This document shows positions 13,284-27,430 of a stretch of DNA of 64,000 bases, piece by piece. Where the stretch lies: contig OX597821.1 in NCBI GenBank assembly GCA_951406725.2, positions 112,220,001-112,284,000 on the forward strand, read 5' to 3'. Position 1 is the stretch's first letter. Every line of letters starts with the position of its first letter. The DNA is from Octopus vulgaris. Its lineage: Eukaryota. Position numbers and translations under genes: made by a program. The notes beneath the pieces are model-generated. The model saw only the letters and a list, made by a program, of their open reading frames with translations. It made no database searches and was not told the DNA's origin.

Positions 13284-13503
13284 GTGTGTATATGTTTTTG
13301 TCTGTGTTTGTCCCCCCAGCATCACTTGACAACCGATGCTGGTGTATTTACGTCCCCATAAGTTAGCGGTTTGACAAAAGAGAACGATAGAATAAGTACT
13401 AGGCTTACAAAGAATAAGTGCTGGAGTCGATTTGCTCGACTAAAAGGTGGTGCTCCAGCATGGCCACAGTCACATGACTGAAACAAGTAAAGGAGTAAAA
13501 GAG
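13085..13503 (+). mobile_element. CORE-type tRNA SINE (family 1), full length
   Basis: Collinear with 58177-58594. Confidence 0.9.
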
Positions 13504-13509
13504 TATACC

Positions 13510-13800
13510 AGTAATGAACTGGTACTTCATTGGTTACGAAGTGAAGGATTCCTGTTGATTCAATCATGAAATTAACATACAAGTGGCTGAGCACTCCACA
13601 GACACATGTACCCTTAACATAGCTCCCGGGGAGATTCTGCATGGCACAGAATGTGATGAAGTTGGCCCTTTGAAATTACAGGTACTATTCACTTTTTCCA
13701 GCTGAGTTGCCTGGAGTAACGTGAAATAAAATGCCTTGCCCAAAAACACAACACGTCCCTGGGAATCTAACTCACAAGTTACAGTTCTGATTTGAAAACC
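13510..13800 (-). mobile_element. tRNA SINE family 3, interrupted near its head by a Meta-type SINE
   Basis: Reverse complement of ttaagggtaca.gtgtctgtggagtgctcagccactt...ttaatttca seen in the 51006 copy. Confidence 0.75.
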
Positions 13801-13806
13801 CCTACC

Positions 13807-14040
13807 TATTTCTTTACTACCCACAAGGGGTTAAACACAGAGGACAAACAAGGACAGACAAACGGATTAAGTCGATTATATTGACCCAATGCGTAACTGG
13901 TACTTAATTTATCAACCCCAAAAGGATGAAAGGCAAAGTCAACCTCGTCGGAATTTGAACTCAGAACGTAGCAACAGACGAAATACTACTGAGCATTTCG
14001 CCCGGCGTGCTAACGATTCTGCCAGCTCGCTGCCTTTTTA
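13807..14040 (-). mobile_element. Meta-domain-type SINE with 12-bp TSD
   Basis: Full head-to-tail copy flanked by aaaacccctacc at 13795-13806 and 14041-14052. Confidence 0.88.
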
Positions 14041-14759
14041 AAAACCCCTACCACCAAACCATGCACCTTCACTATACCAGTAATACCTTGGTTGTTGTGG
14101 TGGGGGTAAATAAGCAAGCTACTAGAAGTTCCATACACACAACCGTACAATAATTGACCCAGTCTCTCATCGACCAAAAGAAATCAATATTAGCAGAGAA
14201 TTGAGATTTTCCTTTTTGTTACCAAATATTCTGGAGAATTCTTTGGTGATATGAATATTTTTTTCCTGTTTTTTTACCCCCATGTTTTTTTTTTTCCATC
14301 TCCTGGTATTATGTTCACACCAGTAGTTATTAATATCTGTAAATATTTTAGCATGTTCAACAATGAGCCAGCTATTCCCGTCACCTTCATCACATTAGGA
14401 AGATTAGCAAATATAAGGATCAAAAGAAAAACCGAATTCCATTAGAAATTTTGCTCCGTGTATGTGTATGTGTGTGTGTGTGTGTACGTCTTTGTGTTTA
14501 CATCTTTTTATCTCCCTTTTTTTTTCATTTGCTGAGGAGAGATGAATTAGTAAATAGCACCGATAATTATGTCTCGTCTCGTGGACTGGCGGCTTTCTGG
14601 CAGACCACACTCTCATGCTACATGCTGATAGAGCTCTCTGAGACCATCCCTGCCCCACCAACACCACCACCACCACCACCACCTAGCCCTGCACAATATC
14701 CATTCTGCTGTATTCCAGTCTTCAGTTTTGGTCCTCCTCCTTACACAATTTACCCCCAA

Positions 14760-14990
14760 ATATCCTTTCAACTAAAGGTATAAGGCTTGAAATTTGTGGG
14801 GAGGGGGATAGTTGATTGCATCAACCTCAGTATATAACTGGTACTCATTTTATCGACCCCCAAAAGAATGAAAGGAAAAGTCGATCTCTGCAGAATTTAG
14901 CGGAATTTGAACTCAGAACATAAAGACAGACAAAATGTTGCAAAGCACTTTGCCCGGTGCTGTAACAATTCTACCAGCTTGCTGCCTTAT
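14760..14990 (-). mobile_element. Meta-domain-type SINE
   Basis: Family core actggtactcattttatcgacccc...ggaatttgaactcagaac. Confidence 0.75.
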
Positions 14991-16083
14991 TTCTCCTAAA
15001 TATCAATAACATATCTGCAATCAGTTTCCAATAACAGCCGCACCCTCTTACACAGATAATGCCTGCTGCCCTTTGACCCTTCCTAACCTTTTGAACCCAA
15101 GCACCATCTTTATGCAACTAAGACACCTTGAGTTAAACTTTTAGGAACTCCAAGAAAAGAAGCCTCAGAACCATTTTATCTTTTACTTGTTTCAGTCATT
15201 AGGTTACGGCCATGCTGGGGCATTGCCTTCAAAATTTTTTAGTTGAATGAATCATGCCCAGTAGATTTTCTATCTTTTCTTAACAAAGCCTGGTACTTAT
15301 TCTCCCAGTCTCTTAATGCCAAACGGCAAAGTTACAGGGATGCAAACAAACCAACAGTGGTTACCAAGTGGTGGTGGTGGTGGACAAACCAGACACAAAG
15401 ACGCATGTCGGCCTGAGGCTATAGCAGAAGATACTCACCCAAGCTGCCATGCAGTGGGACTGAACCCAGAACCCAGTGGTTGGGAAGGAAACTTCTCAGC
15501 ACAGGCATTTTGGTAATTCAAAGTCTTCTAGACCAGGATTCTTAAAGTTACCAATATTTTCATCTTTAAAACCCCTAACCTTTGTAGTTCACCCAAAACA
15601 ACAAGTCAGAGATCTCCAGATATTTTACATATGACATACAGGAAATTCTAACACCAAATTTCCAAACATTTCATAAGAATGTTTCCTTATCTCAAACCAC
15701 TCAAAATCTCTTTAAAAAATTCTAATGCCCCATGGTGGGAATGGTAATTGCTAGCTTGGAAATCACAAGACTTTATTGATATAAATTCAATACGACTCAT
15801 TGATTTTTTGATATTCCATAGTCTTGTACACATCTATTTCTTCAGGCGAAGATTCTTAAATAAAGCTTCTCTTCGGTTATTTTTCAAAATGGGAAAGTTT
15901 CCACTATTAAAGTTAAGATTAATGCTTGTCTATACATATGTTGTTACGCACGCGCACCTGTGTGTGTGTGTGTGTGGAGTTACGTATGTAGTTATACCCA
16001 TACACACCTTCATACAGATCGCATGCATACAATGGCATACAATTATCATTACATCCACCAACATCGACCGTTTTCTACACAGA

Positions 16084-16500
16084 CATACATACATACATTT
16101 ACATATATATATATACATTATATACATATATATATACATTATATATACATACATACATATACATTATATATACATATACATATATACATACATACATATA
16201 TATACATATACATATATACATACATACATATATATACATATACATATATACATACATACATATACATATATACATACATACATATATATACATATACATA
16301 TATACATACATACATATATATACATATACATATATACATACATACATATATATACATTATATATACATATACATATATACATACATACATATATATACAT
16401 TATATATACATATACATATATACATACATACATATATATACATTATATATACATATACATATATACATACATACATATACATATATACATACATATATAC

Positions 16501-16548
<48 letters not shown>

Positions 16549-17018
16549 AGAGAGAGAGAGAGGGGGGAGTTTAGGCATTGTAAAGGAAAGAGAAACCAAA
16601 GAAACGCAAGAATACAATGGGAAATATACCAATCAATTTATTGCTTCTCTACCTCCCCAGCCGCCATATATATTATATACACACACATGCATATATATAT
16701 ATATATACAACATATGTATATGTACACATATATACATACACATACGTAAATGTTTATTTACATATATGTAAATATAAAGATACATAAATGAATTTATACA
16801 TACATGTGTATATATATACCTACATATACATATATCTATATATACATACATATGTATATATATATACCTACATATACATATATCTATATATACATACATA
16901 TGTATATATATATACCTACATATACATATATCTATATATACATATATCTATATATACATACATATACATATATCTATATATATATATATATATATCTATA
17001 TATACATATATATATATC

Positions 17019-17088
<70 letters not shown>

Positions 17089-17090
17089 AC
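16084..17090. repeat. Compound (AT/AC) microsatellite fields with higher-order units of about 43-46 bp
   Basis: catatatatacattatatatacatatacatatatacatacata is repeated in 16100-16500, and tatatatatacctacatatacatatatctatatatacatacatatg is repeated in 16810-16960. Confidence 0.85.
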
Positions 17091-18529
17091 ATAGATGCAC
17101 GCACATAAATCTATTAACTGCTGGCTTCTCGAGTTTCACCAACAGTTAAACATTTTACTTTTCCTTTAGTTTACCCCCCACCACCACCACCACCACCACC
17201 GCCAGTCACTATTATTCCCTACTCCTCCTCCTCCTCTTCTTCCAAACTCCCTCCTTTTCACTCTTCTCTTCTTTTTCTCTTATCTCCCGCTTTAATAAGG
17301 CCAAAAGATTATTCTACCAATATTTTGAATACAACATCACAATGAGGAAGACGGGAAAATTAGGCTTGGAACAATTCAGTTCTCAATTCTTTGTTTATTT
17401 TATGGAAAAATATATATATTCAGATATTCAGAGGCAATAAATATCGACAACAACAACAACAACAACAACAGCAAAAAAAAGGATAAATTATAAATTATAT
17501 AAATAAAAAGAATATGATGAATAAATTATAGAATAAAGAAAATGGTAAAAAAAAAAAATATAAATATAATGATAAAAATGAACAAATAATGCACCACAAA
17601 ATGTTAGAAAATAGAATTTAAAAAAAAGGAATTGTGCGATGGAAGTCTTGGTGTAAATTATTTTAACAGACTCTCACACCAAACTCTTTGAGAAGAAAGG
17701 TTTTGGAATAATGCTGCTACGATTGTGTAAGAGAGGCGACAATGATGATGATGATAATGATAATGATGGTGGTGGTGGTGGTGGTTATGGTGGTGATGAT
17801 GATGGTGGTGATTGTGGTGATGGTGATGATGATGATGATGATGATGTGGTTTTAGTGGTTAGAGGCATTTGGCTCATGATCATGGGTTCGCAAGTTCAAT
17901 TCCTGATGGTGCGTTATATCTTTGAGCAAGACACTTTTATTTCACGCTGCTCCTTTTCTGCTCAGCTGGCAAAAATGAGTGGTACCTGTAATTCAAAGTG
18001 GGGGGCCAGCCTTGTCACATTCTGGGCTATGTCAAATCTCCCATTTGCTACAAATTCAAACATAGACCAACTTCTAACCATAAAGCAGTAACAAAACTGA
18101 TAGAAAATGAATTAAGAAAGTGCTCTAGCATGGCCACAGTCCTATGACTGAATCCATCAAAAGAATAAAAGGGGTCCCTATCTATCTCTCATCATCATTC
18201 AGTGTTTTAAATCTGGGTTTTGTCCCCGTTAACAGGGGTGGCCGGATATACTTCAGTGCCATAACAACTGAGGTAGGCAGGAGCAGCCCACCCCAACCTT
18301 TGGGCTGGCTGGTTCCCATTCTCCTTTGCTATCATGAAACTTTTTTGGAATTGGATTTTCTTCAGGGTGCATGCCCTTGCTTACCCCCAACCTCAGTTTC
18401 TAGACATGAGTGGTTCCAAGACCAAGGCCTCTACCACAATTTTTAAGAAATGTGGTGGGGAAAAACTAACTCAAGAAGGCAGGGACACTACTCCCTGAGA
18501 CCCCTTTTAGAGCCGCCACCCCTACCAAT

Positions 18530-19160
18530 TCTATCATTCCATAATCTGTTCCAAAACAGACCCTTTTCTAACATCCTCTTCAATTGCTCTTCATTTACAT
18601 CTAACCCTTTCACCCCTCTGTCTTTCTCTCATTCTTACACCCCCCACCCAGCCTTCTATACTTACATTTCACATGCTTTCTTTTGATCATATATCCTAAC
18701 CCCACCTCCCACTAATCCACAAAAATCTGTCCTAGTTCTTACTCTTCTAAATGTACCCCTTTTTACTTCTTTACTACCTCAGCTTTTCCCCTCCTTCCCT
18801 TGACTCCAACACCCCCTCTCACTTACCCCCCCCTCATTCCATAATTCACAATACCTCCTTCAATTGCTCCCCTTTCACTCATTCCCTATCTTGTTCTCAA
18901 TTCTCTTCCATTCTGTTGCTCAAATCCCCTCTTACTTCCACTCGTTCTTTCCCTCTCACTACTACCTTACTCCTACTCCTTCGCCTATTCTATCCAACTT
19001 CCCACTCCCTCCTTCTCATTCATACTCTTTCACTCCAAACTTCCCCCTCTTACTCTCACTCCACTCTCTCTCTCTCTCTCTTTTATTCTTGCCCTTCTCT
19101 TTGACCTCACATCCTAATAACCCCCACCACCCTAGCTCAGCTTCTCCTTCCCCTAACGCC
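18530..19160. repeat. Pyrimidine-rich low-complexity tract
   Basis: Strong C/T strand bias with no clear repeat unit. Confidence 0.7.
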
Positions 19161-19847
19161 ACAATGCCTATCAGGAATGGAAACCAGTTTCTTCTTGTTA
19201 GGAAGTCAAGGACAGAACAATTACCCATCATTGCAGTGGTTCCCCGCAGCACATGACAGCTATAGAAATTCAATTCCTAACACTTCTTGTACTTTGGCTT
19301 AATTATCTGAAAGCAATCAAGTTTCCAATGGGATGTAGCATCAGTGCTGGCAGAGAGAGATAATGGTAAAGGAGAAGGAAGGAAGGAAGGAAAGAAAAAA
19401 GAAGAAGAATGGAAGAATGAGGAATGCAGTGGGAACAGGACAAGAGGAAGTTAACCACAGGCACAGAGAGAGAGAGCAACACAGAAACCTACTCTGTCAC
19501 ATCATCATACAAGATGTGTGTGGATATGAACACACACACACACACACACAATATGCATATGGTGTGTATGCATATTGCATCTGTATGCATGTGTGTGTAT
19601 GTGTATATATATATATATATATATATACACACAGATATATATGCACACACATATATATATATATATATATAGACACATACACACATATATAAATATGGAC
19701 GGATGAATGGAGTGACAGACAGACAGATAAATAGATAGAAAGACAGACACAGACAGATAGACAAGCAGACATAGATAGATAGACAGACAGACAGACAGAG
19801 AGACAGATAGATAGGTAGGTAGATAGATAGCTAAATACAGAGAGAGG

Positions 19848-19888
<41 letters not shown>

Positions 19889-20208
19889 GGATGGATGGAT
19901 TGATGGATTGATTGCTTGCTTTGCATTAAGAACCTTGCTTTCCAACCACAGATTTCTGATTTCAGTCCCACAGCATGATGGTACCTTGGGCAAGTGTCTT
20001 CTGTTATAGCTCCAGGCCAACCAATGCCTGCTGTCCTAAAACACCACCTTAATAATGACACTTACTTGACTATTTTCTTTATTATTCTGACTAATTGAAA
20101 CAAAAGTAATACATTTCATCAGAAAAATGGTAACAAGAGAGTTAAAATGAACCAAAAAAGACATTCCTTTAAAGTTTCATGCTAATTTACATCCCAATAC
20201 CAGTTTAA

Positions 20209-20425
20209 CCCTTTCGGTACCAAACTGGCTGAAACCGGTTCTGAGTACAAATGTCTTGTTTTCATAAGTTTTGAATTAAAATCTTCCACCAAACCTTAAT
20301 CACAATTTATGTTCTTAAAACACTAGCTTAACGATAACTAAGTTATTTTACTAAATTCTGTGTTATACTTAAAATTAATTGAAAGAAACACAGAAAATTT
20401 CAACAGAAATATGGTAACAAAAGGG
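20209..20425. mobile_element. piggyBac-like MITE
   Basis: TTAA at 20205-20208 and 20426-20429; imperfect TIRs ccctttcggtacc / ggtaacaaaaggg. Confidence 0.85.
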
Positions 20426-20577
20426 TTAAGAAGAAAAACAATCAGCAGAAGACATAAGAGAAGGAGGCCTCAGTGTGGTCACTCTATATGCTAGAAATAA
20501 TAGCCTAAATTTCCTTCAATCCACTCCCTTCCAACTGCTTCTAATGTCTATCTACACAAATGTAGGGGTGTGTTTAA

Positions 20578-20799
20578 CCCTTTTAATACCAACCCAGCTG
20601 AAACTGCATCTGGCTTTGTAGTACAAATGTCTTGTTTTCATAAGTTTTGAATTAAAATCTTCCACCAAACCTTAGTCGCAATTTATGTTCCTAACACTAG
20701 CTTAATGATAACTAAGTTATTTTACTAAATTCTTTGTTACATTTAAAATTAATTGAAAGAAACACAGAGCATCTCAAAATAAATACAGTAACGAAAGGG
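20578..20799. mobile_element. piggyBac-like MITE (second copy)
   Basis: TTAA at 20574-20577 and 20800-20803; TIRs cccttttaatac / gtaacgaaaggg; internal sequence nearly identical to 20209-20425. Confidence 0.85.
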
Positions 20800-21223
20800 T
20801 TAATAACAACTAAGTTATATCATGAAATTCCTTGTTATTTTCAAAATTAATTAAAAACAAAGGGAGTGAGTTTCCACATAAATATGCAAACAAAAAGTGT
20901 TAATGCAGGAACAACACGAAGGCGGTAACTATGGGAAGAGCCAAGAAGATGTAATACTACCAAAAGATATAGTTTATGTCACCTCTTATTGTCTTTACAT
21001 CCTAAGACAAAGATAAATTTAACTTTCCAACAGTTCAGCTGCCAAAATCTAAATAGTTAGCAGATGCTGAGACTGGTCACTGATGTAAGCTGTGAGTGTT
21101 TTATTAATGAGCAATTTTGTAACTTGACTTACTGAATTTAAATGGTCATTTAGGTATAGCTTGAAGAGATATAGGCCCTACAAAAAGGACTGACCCCTTA
21201 AATATACATCAAAATGACTTTAA

Positions 21224-21752
21224 CCCTCTAGCATTTAATCTGACCATGTAAGTCCTAAATCTACTTGCTTATGTTTAAGCCTACAAGATTTGGCCTGTCA
21301 CACCTACCCTACATTCTAAAATTAAACAATCCCCATACTGGTGGCATGTAAAAAGCACCATCCAAACGTAGTCAATGGCAGTGCCCTCGCCCTGACTGGC
21401 TCCCGTGCCGCTGGCACATAAAAGCACCATCCGAACGTGGTCGATGCCAGCCCCCTCTGGCCCCTGTGCCGGTGGCATATTAGAAGCACCCACTATACTC
21501 TCAGAGTGGTTGGCATTAGGAAGGGCATCCAGCTTTAGAAATACTGCCAGATCAGACTGGAGCCTGGTGCAGCTTCCTGGTTTCCCAGACCTCGAGTCGA
21601 ACCATCCAACTCATGCCAGCATGGAAAACGGATGTTAAATGTTGATCATGACATTATCGAAATCTCAAAGCCAGTAGACAATGCATGACTAATCCTAGAT
21701 GATGTGACTATATAAGCATTGTATTTGACAGAGTAATCGTAATGCTAAATGG
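21224..21752. mobile_element. piggyBac-like MITE carrying a nested RTE-tailed element (about 21338-21650, +)
   Basis: TTAA flanks; TIRs ccctctagcatt / aatgctaaatgg; the insert contains ggttggcattaggaagggcatccagc...catgccagcatggaaaacgg. Confidence 0.7.
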
Positions 21753-22079
21753 TTAATAACACTGTCAGCATCTAATATAAATGGTTATAGCACCAGACTC
21801 AGTAATATCCTGATGGATAAGTAGGTACTTTATGCTGGCATAAATTTAAGAAATCAGGAAAAAATGGTAGAGTTATTTGTGCTGGCATTCTCATCATCAA
21901 GTTATAGTAAATAGCTATGTCACAAACTCCAGAGACTGCTAATAAAGATCAATGTTTGCAGACCTAGCCAACCCTACCCAATCTAACTAATCTAACCTGA
22001 GTTTATCTTTAAAGACAGCTCAATTTGTAAAGTCCTTTTTGATTGACACTGAGGTTCAATATTGAACTACTTTAGTTCC

Positions 22080-22640
22080 AATAATACAAATACAGATGAG
22101 AAGCTTAACGCGACTCCGTTCTCAATTAACAGCTAACTCAATATGACCCCCACCACCTACCGCTGCCTCAATAGTTGTTACATAAAACTTGCAACCATTT
22201 GTCACTGTTTCTGAGAGGTCAAATGCATATCGAAACTAATTGACAGATCAAAAGCTCAACTTTTAAGAAAGTAATAGAAAGAGCGGAGTGCGAGAGGAGA
22301 GAAAGATCGGTTGGCATCAACGGCAGCGATGGTGGTGGCGGTGGAGGGAATTGAAGAACAGAAACAGGCGGCAGCGTTGGTGACGATGGGATTAAAGAAT
22401 AAGAGAGAACGAAGCCTCCAAAGGAAATAATTGATGGGTCAAAAGCTCATCTGACATAATTGAAAGGTCAGTCTCTCAAATGATGCTGTTTTGATGGATG
22501 CGGAGGAGGAAAGGGAGGTAAAGGGTGGTGGTGGTTGGGGGTGGGTGAAGATACCAATTTTAATTAACACGAGATGATGTCATATTACATTAACCTTGTC
22601 CAAAATATAGCGCCAAGCATTAACCTTCCTTTATAATCAT
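22080..22640. promoter_or_regulatory. Candidate intronic cis-regulatory element
   Basis: Non-repetitive and CpG-retaining, with clustered TAATTG/TAATTA homeodomain-type sites, TGACAG and (A/G)GGTCA half-sites. Inference only. Confidence 0.3.
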
Positions 22641-22887
22641 TTCCTAAATACACATACATTCTACACCATATACACACACAAATATATATACATATACATG
22701 CACATACATACGCACACACACGCACATATATATACACACACACACACATCAGTGCTTACATCCACATGTTTGTGTGTGCATACATATTTGCATGCGTTTA
22801 TATATATATGTGCATTTGAGTGCACATATATATGTACATGCACATCTTCATATGTGTATGTATATATGTGTATGTGTGTATACATAT

Positions 22888-22964
<77 letters not shown>

Positions 22965-23098
22965 CATATATATATATGTATATATACACGTGTGTGTGTG
23001 TGTGTATATAAAGCTGCGTGGGTGGACGGGAGGGTCAGAAGTTAGACATTTTACTACTTAGTCAGTCACACATACACAGCTTTCTCACATACATATGC

Positions 23099-23140
<42 letters not shown>

Positions 23141-23772
23141 TACCATATATATATACATATATACATATAGACACACACATGTTCAATTAAGAGTTTGAAC
23201 AAACATCAAGACACATTTCTTCTTTGTGTTATTATTACTTTGAAAAATTAAAAGAAAAATTCTCAAGTAGAGTTTATATAATTTTTTTTTTTATGTTTAT
23301 TTTCTATTGTTATTTAAATTTCCTTGTTTTTTTAGTCATTTTTCTTCTTCTTCTTCTTCTTCATCTTCCCTCCCCCCTCCTCAATTTCCTTTTTGTGAAT
23401 TTTATTTAATTCTTTCTTCTTCTTAAGCAATATAATCCGAAAACATGCAAGGTTAGAGAGCAAATGATTTGATTCTGAACAAAACTATACTTTGAAATCA
23501 AACGAAAATAATAATTGTAAATAACTAGTTTTGCGGCCAATTAGATTAATTTTTAATTTTTAAGAATTTTATTCATTGCTTTATATTTAGTTTTTGGTTT
23601 TTCCCTTCTTTCATATCCCCACTTTATTAATTCCATTTTACCTTTTGCTATTTTTGTTTTCGTTCCTTTATTGTTTTCTTTGTTGGTGTCTACATTTCCC
23701 CCATCCCCTCTTCAGCCTCTATTTTCATTATTCAAGACTATTCCACTTTAGCAAGATGGGTTGAGAGAGAGA

Positions 23773-23817
<45 letters not shown>

Positions 23818-24068
23818 GTGGTGGTAAAGATGGCGGCTTCGAATAATGTGGTTTTGTTGCTGATGGTATTGAAGGACAGATGATAATGAAAGGTAGCCCA
23901 TTATTGTTGCGTTGATAATGATGATGAGCATATTGGAAGCAGTTAGGGTGGCCTAGGTGGCGACACTAAAGGCAACGTTGCATATGATGTTAATACCAAT
24001 AGTACTGGTGATGGTGGTAGCAACAGTGGTGCTACTAGAGCCACTACTGAAGATGATGGTCACAGTAA

Positions 24069-24137
<69 letters not shown>

Positions 24138-25341
24138 GGTGGTGGTGGTGGTGGTTGTCGTCGTCGTGATGTTCAAACGATTTAAGTAGTGTTCATCAAA
24201 CGTACCATAAGCATATACTGCTAATGTGTACATATGAGGGCATATATATGCTTGTGTGCACATACGTTTAGGTCTGCAATTGCACGAATGTATGTGCTTG
24301 TGCATGCATGTATACATGTTTATGTGTACATTTGTAAATCTGTTGGTGTATATATATATTTTCATATGTGTGTCTATAAGTTTACATCCATGTACATGTT
24401 TGTGTGTGCACACACATGCATGCATGCATATGTGCATGTTTCTGTAAGCATCCGTATGCATGGAAGTGGGTGTAGTAGTTATATATTCAAAAACCCATTT
24501 CTTCCTCACCAGCCGCCATTACCATTAACAACAGCAATACCATTACTACAACCACTAATGATATTACTACTACTACTACTACTAATAATAATAATAAAAA
24601 TGAAAATGATAATAATACTAATAATAAAAATGAAAATAATAATAATACCAATAATAAAAATGAAAATAATAATAATAATAATAATAATGATAATAATAAT
24701 CGTACTAACAATAATCATAAAGTGGAGTCATCACAAGAATTCCGGTTCAGGCAGTAGTTTACAGAAGACAAGTTTCCAAGAATGGAAATTATGAGAGAGA
24801 CATTGTTCATTAAAATATTCTCCATTGAAAAATAAGTTTAATTATTGATGTGAGTCTTGTTTAGATTGGTTTTGTTCAGCTTTGGTTTGGGTTTTCATTT
24901 ATATTTTTGGTTTTGTAGTTTTGTTGTGGTGTTATTAGCTTTTTTTTTTTTTTTTTTCGTATTCAAACCAATTATGTGAAGGGTCCAAGGAAGAAGGAGG
25001 ACGAAGGAGAAGAAGTGGGTGATGGAATGGCCAGATGAGTTGATAGATATGTAGGTAGGAAGGCGGAGGAAGTGGGGGAAGGAAATTAATGCCAAGGGGA
25101 AAGGAGGATAGGCGGAGGAATAATAATATATAATAATTATATAATAATAAAAGTAATGATGATAATAATAATAATTGTGATAAGGCTTTCCTGATGAGGA
25201 TAATGAGTGGTGTGAGGAAATGAGAGCAAAATGGTGGAAACTCAACGAGAAAGAGGACACACAGACAGAAGAGAGTAAAGAAGGAAAGATAGGGAGAGAT
25301 GCATGAAGGAGAATGGATAAAAGGGATATAGACAGAGAGGG

Positions 25342-25375
<34 letters not shown>

Positions 25376-25529
25376 TTGATAAGAGGAAAGAAGGACATGG
25401 AGGAGAGATGATAGAGTAAGGCAGGTCATTTAAATATAGAATAATAGAGAGAAACATAGTACAAATAAATATAGAATAAAATATATACATATATGCATAC
25501 ATACATATACAAACATATATATATATATA

Positions 25530-25765
25530 CTGGGACTACAGCCATGCTGGAGCACGGGCTTTAGTCGAACAAATCAATTCCCAGGACTTATTCTTTGTAA
25601 GTCTAGTAGTTATCCCATTGGTCTCTTTTGCTGAACTGCTAAGTTATAGAGGTGTAAACACACCAGCATCGGCTGTCAAGCGATGGTGGAGGAACAAACA
25701 CAGACACACAATCATATATGTGTGTGTGTGTGCGATGGTGGAGGAACAAACACAGACACACAATC

Positions 25766-25816
<51 letters not shown>

Positions 25817-25947
25817 TCTGTCTACCAAATCTACTCTGTCTACCAAATCCATTGGTCTCTTTTGCTGAACTGCTAATTTATAGGGGTGTAAACACACCAG
25901 CATCGGCTGTCAAGCGATGGTGGAGGAACAAACACAGACACACAATC

Positions 25948-25983
<36 letters not shown>

Positions 25984-26130
25984 TTCTGTCTACCAAATCC
26001 ACTCACAAGGCTTTGGCTAGCCTGAGGCTACAGAAGAAGACACTTGTCCAAGGTGCCACGCAGTGGGAGTGAACCCGGAATCATGTGGTTGGGGGAGCAA
26101 GCTACTTACACACAGCCATGCCTGCGCCTA
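25530..26130 (-). mobile_element. CORE-type SINE with internal tandem duplication
   Basis: The segment cattggtctcttttgctgaactgctaa...tgcttctgtctaccaaatc occurs twice (from about 25616 and about 25850). Confidence 0.85.
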
Positions 26131-26189
26131 CACACACACACACACGCACACACACATATATACTTCTTTAATGTGTAAAGGCACCTGCC

Positions 26190-26879
26190 CAAAGCGCCAC
26201 TGCATAGCACCTTGGGTAAGTGTCTCCCACTGTAGACTCAGGCTGACCAAAGCCTTGTGTGTGGATCCAGAAGATGGAAACTGAAAGAAGATTCTCATGT
26301 GTGTGTGTGTGTGTGTACATGTACATGTCTTTGTTTTTATGTTTGTCCCACATCACTGCTTGATAACTGGTATTGGTGCCCCCATGACTTAGCAGTTCAG
26401 CAAAAGGGCTTGATAGAATAAGTACCAGGCTTTTAAAAGAAGATAAATGCTGGGGTCAATCTGCTTGACTGAAATTCTTCAAAGTGATGCCCCAGCATGG
26501 CCACAGTCTGCTGAATGAAACAAGTAAAAAGTATATACAGACACAAGACATGGCTATGTGGTTAAGAAGTTTGCTCTCCCACCCACATGGTGCCAGGTTC
26601 AGTCTCACTACGTGGCACCTTGGACAAGTCTTCTATTATAACCCTGTGTTGATCGAAGCCTAGTGACTGGGATTATCTTTTATTTTCTTAGACCATGGCC
26701 ATGCTGGGGCACCATCTTGAAGTTTTAGTCAAATGAATCGATCCCCAGTACTTATTTTTTAAGCCTGTTACATATTCTATCACTCTCTTTTGCCGAACTG
26801 CTATGTTACAGGGATGTAAACACACCAACACTGGTTGTCAAGTGGTGATTGGTGGGGAGACTCAGATACACACACATAG

Positions 26880-26921
<42 letters not shown>

Positions 26922-27070
26922 TTGATGGGCTTCTTTCAGTTTCCATCTACCAAATCCACTCACAAGGCCTTGGTAGGCCCAAAACTATAGTAGAAGACAC
27001 TAGCCCAAGGTGCTACGCGGTGGGACTGAACCCAGAACCATGCGGTTGAGAAGCAGCCACACCCGTGCTT
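26190..27070. mobile_element. Cluster of CORE-type SINE copies (+ 26190-26530, + head 26545-26670, - 26690-27070)
   Basis: Family 1 head and tail motifs present in both orientations. Confidence 0.75.
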
Positions 27071-27224
27071 ATGGTTTGTTTGGTAGATGGAAATTGAAAG
27101 AAGCTGTTTTTTATGGGTACATATGCCTATGCATGGATAATTGAGTGGTATGTAAGTTTGTGTTCCCTTGTCTTGACATGAATCATTGTGAGTCTCAAGG
27201 ATAAAGATCTGTCCTTAGTCATAT

Positions 27225-27430
27225 ATATTTCTTTATTGCCCAGAGGGGGCTAAACATAGAGGGGACAAACAAGGACAGACAAACGGATTAAGTCGATTAT
27301 ATTGACTCCAGTGTGTAACTGGTACATAATTTATCGATCCCGAAAGGATGAAAGGCAATGTTGACCTCAGCGGAATTTGAACTCAGAATGTAACGGCAGA
27401 TGAAATACCACTAAGCACTGTGCTTGGCGT
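27225..27430 (-). mobile_element. Meta-domain-type SINE
   Basis: Contains ggacaaacaaggacagacaaacggattaagtcgattat plus the family core. Confidence 0.85.

Noticed and set aside
15748-16749. 333-aa ORF, the longest in the track, and similar YI/HT/CV-rich ORFs across the window
   Set aside because: These are translations of AT/AC/GT microsatellites, which lack stop codons in several frames; there is no protein-like content.
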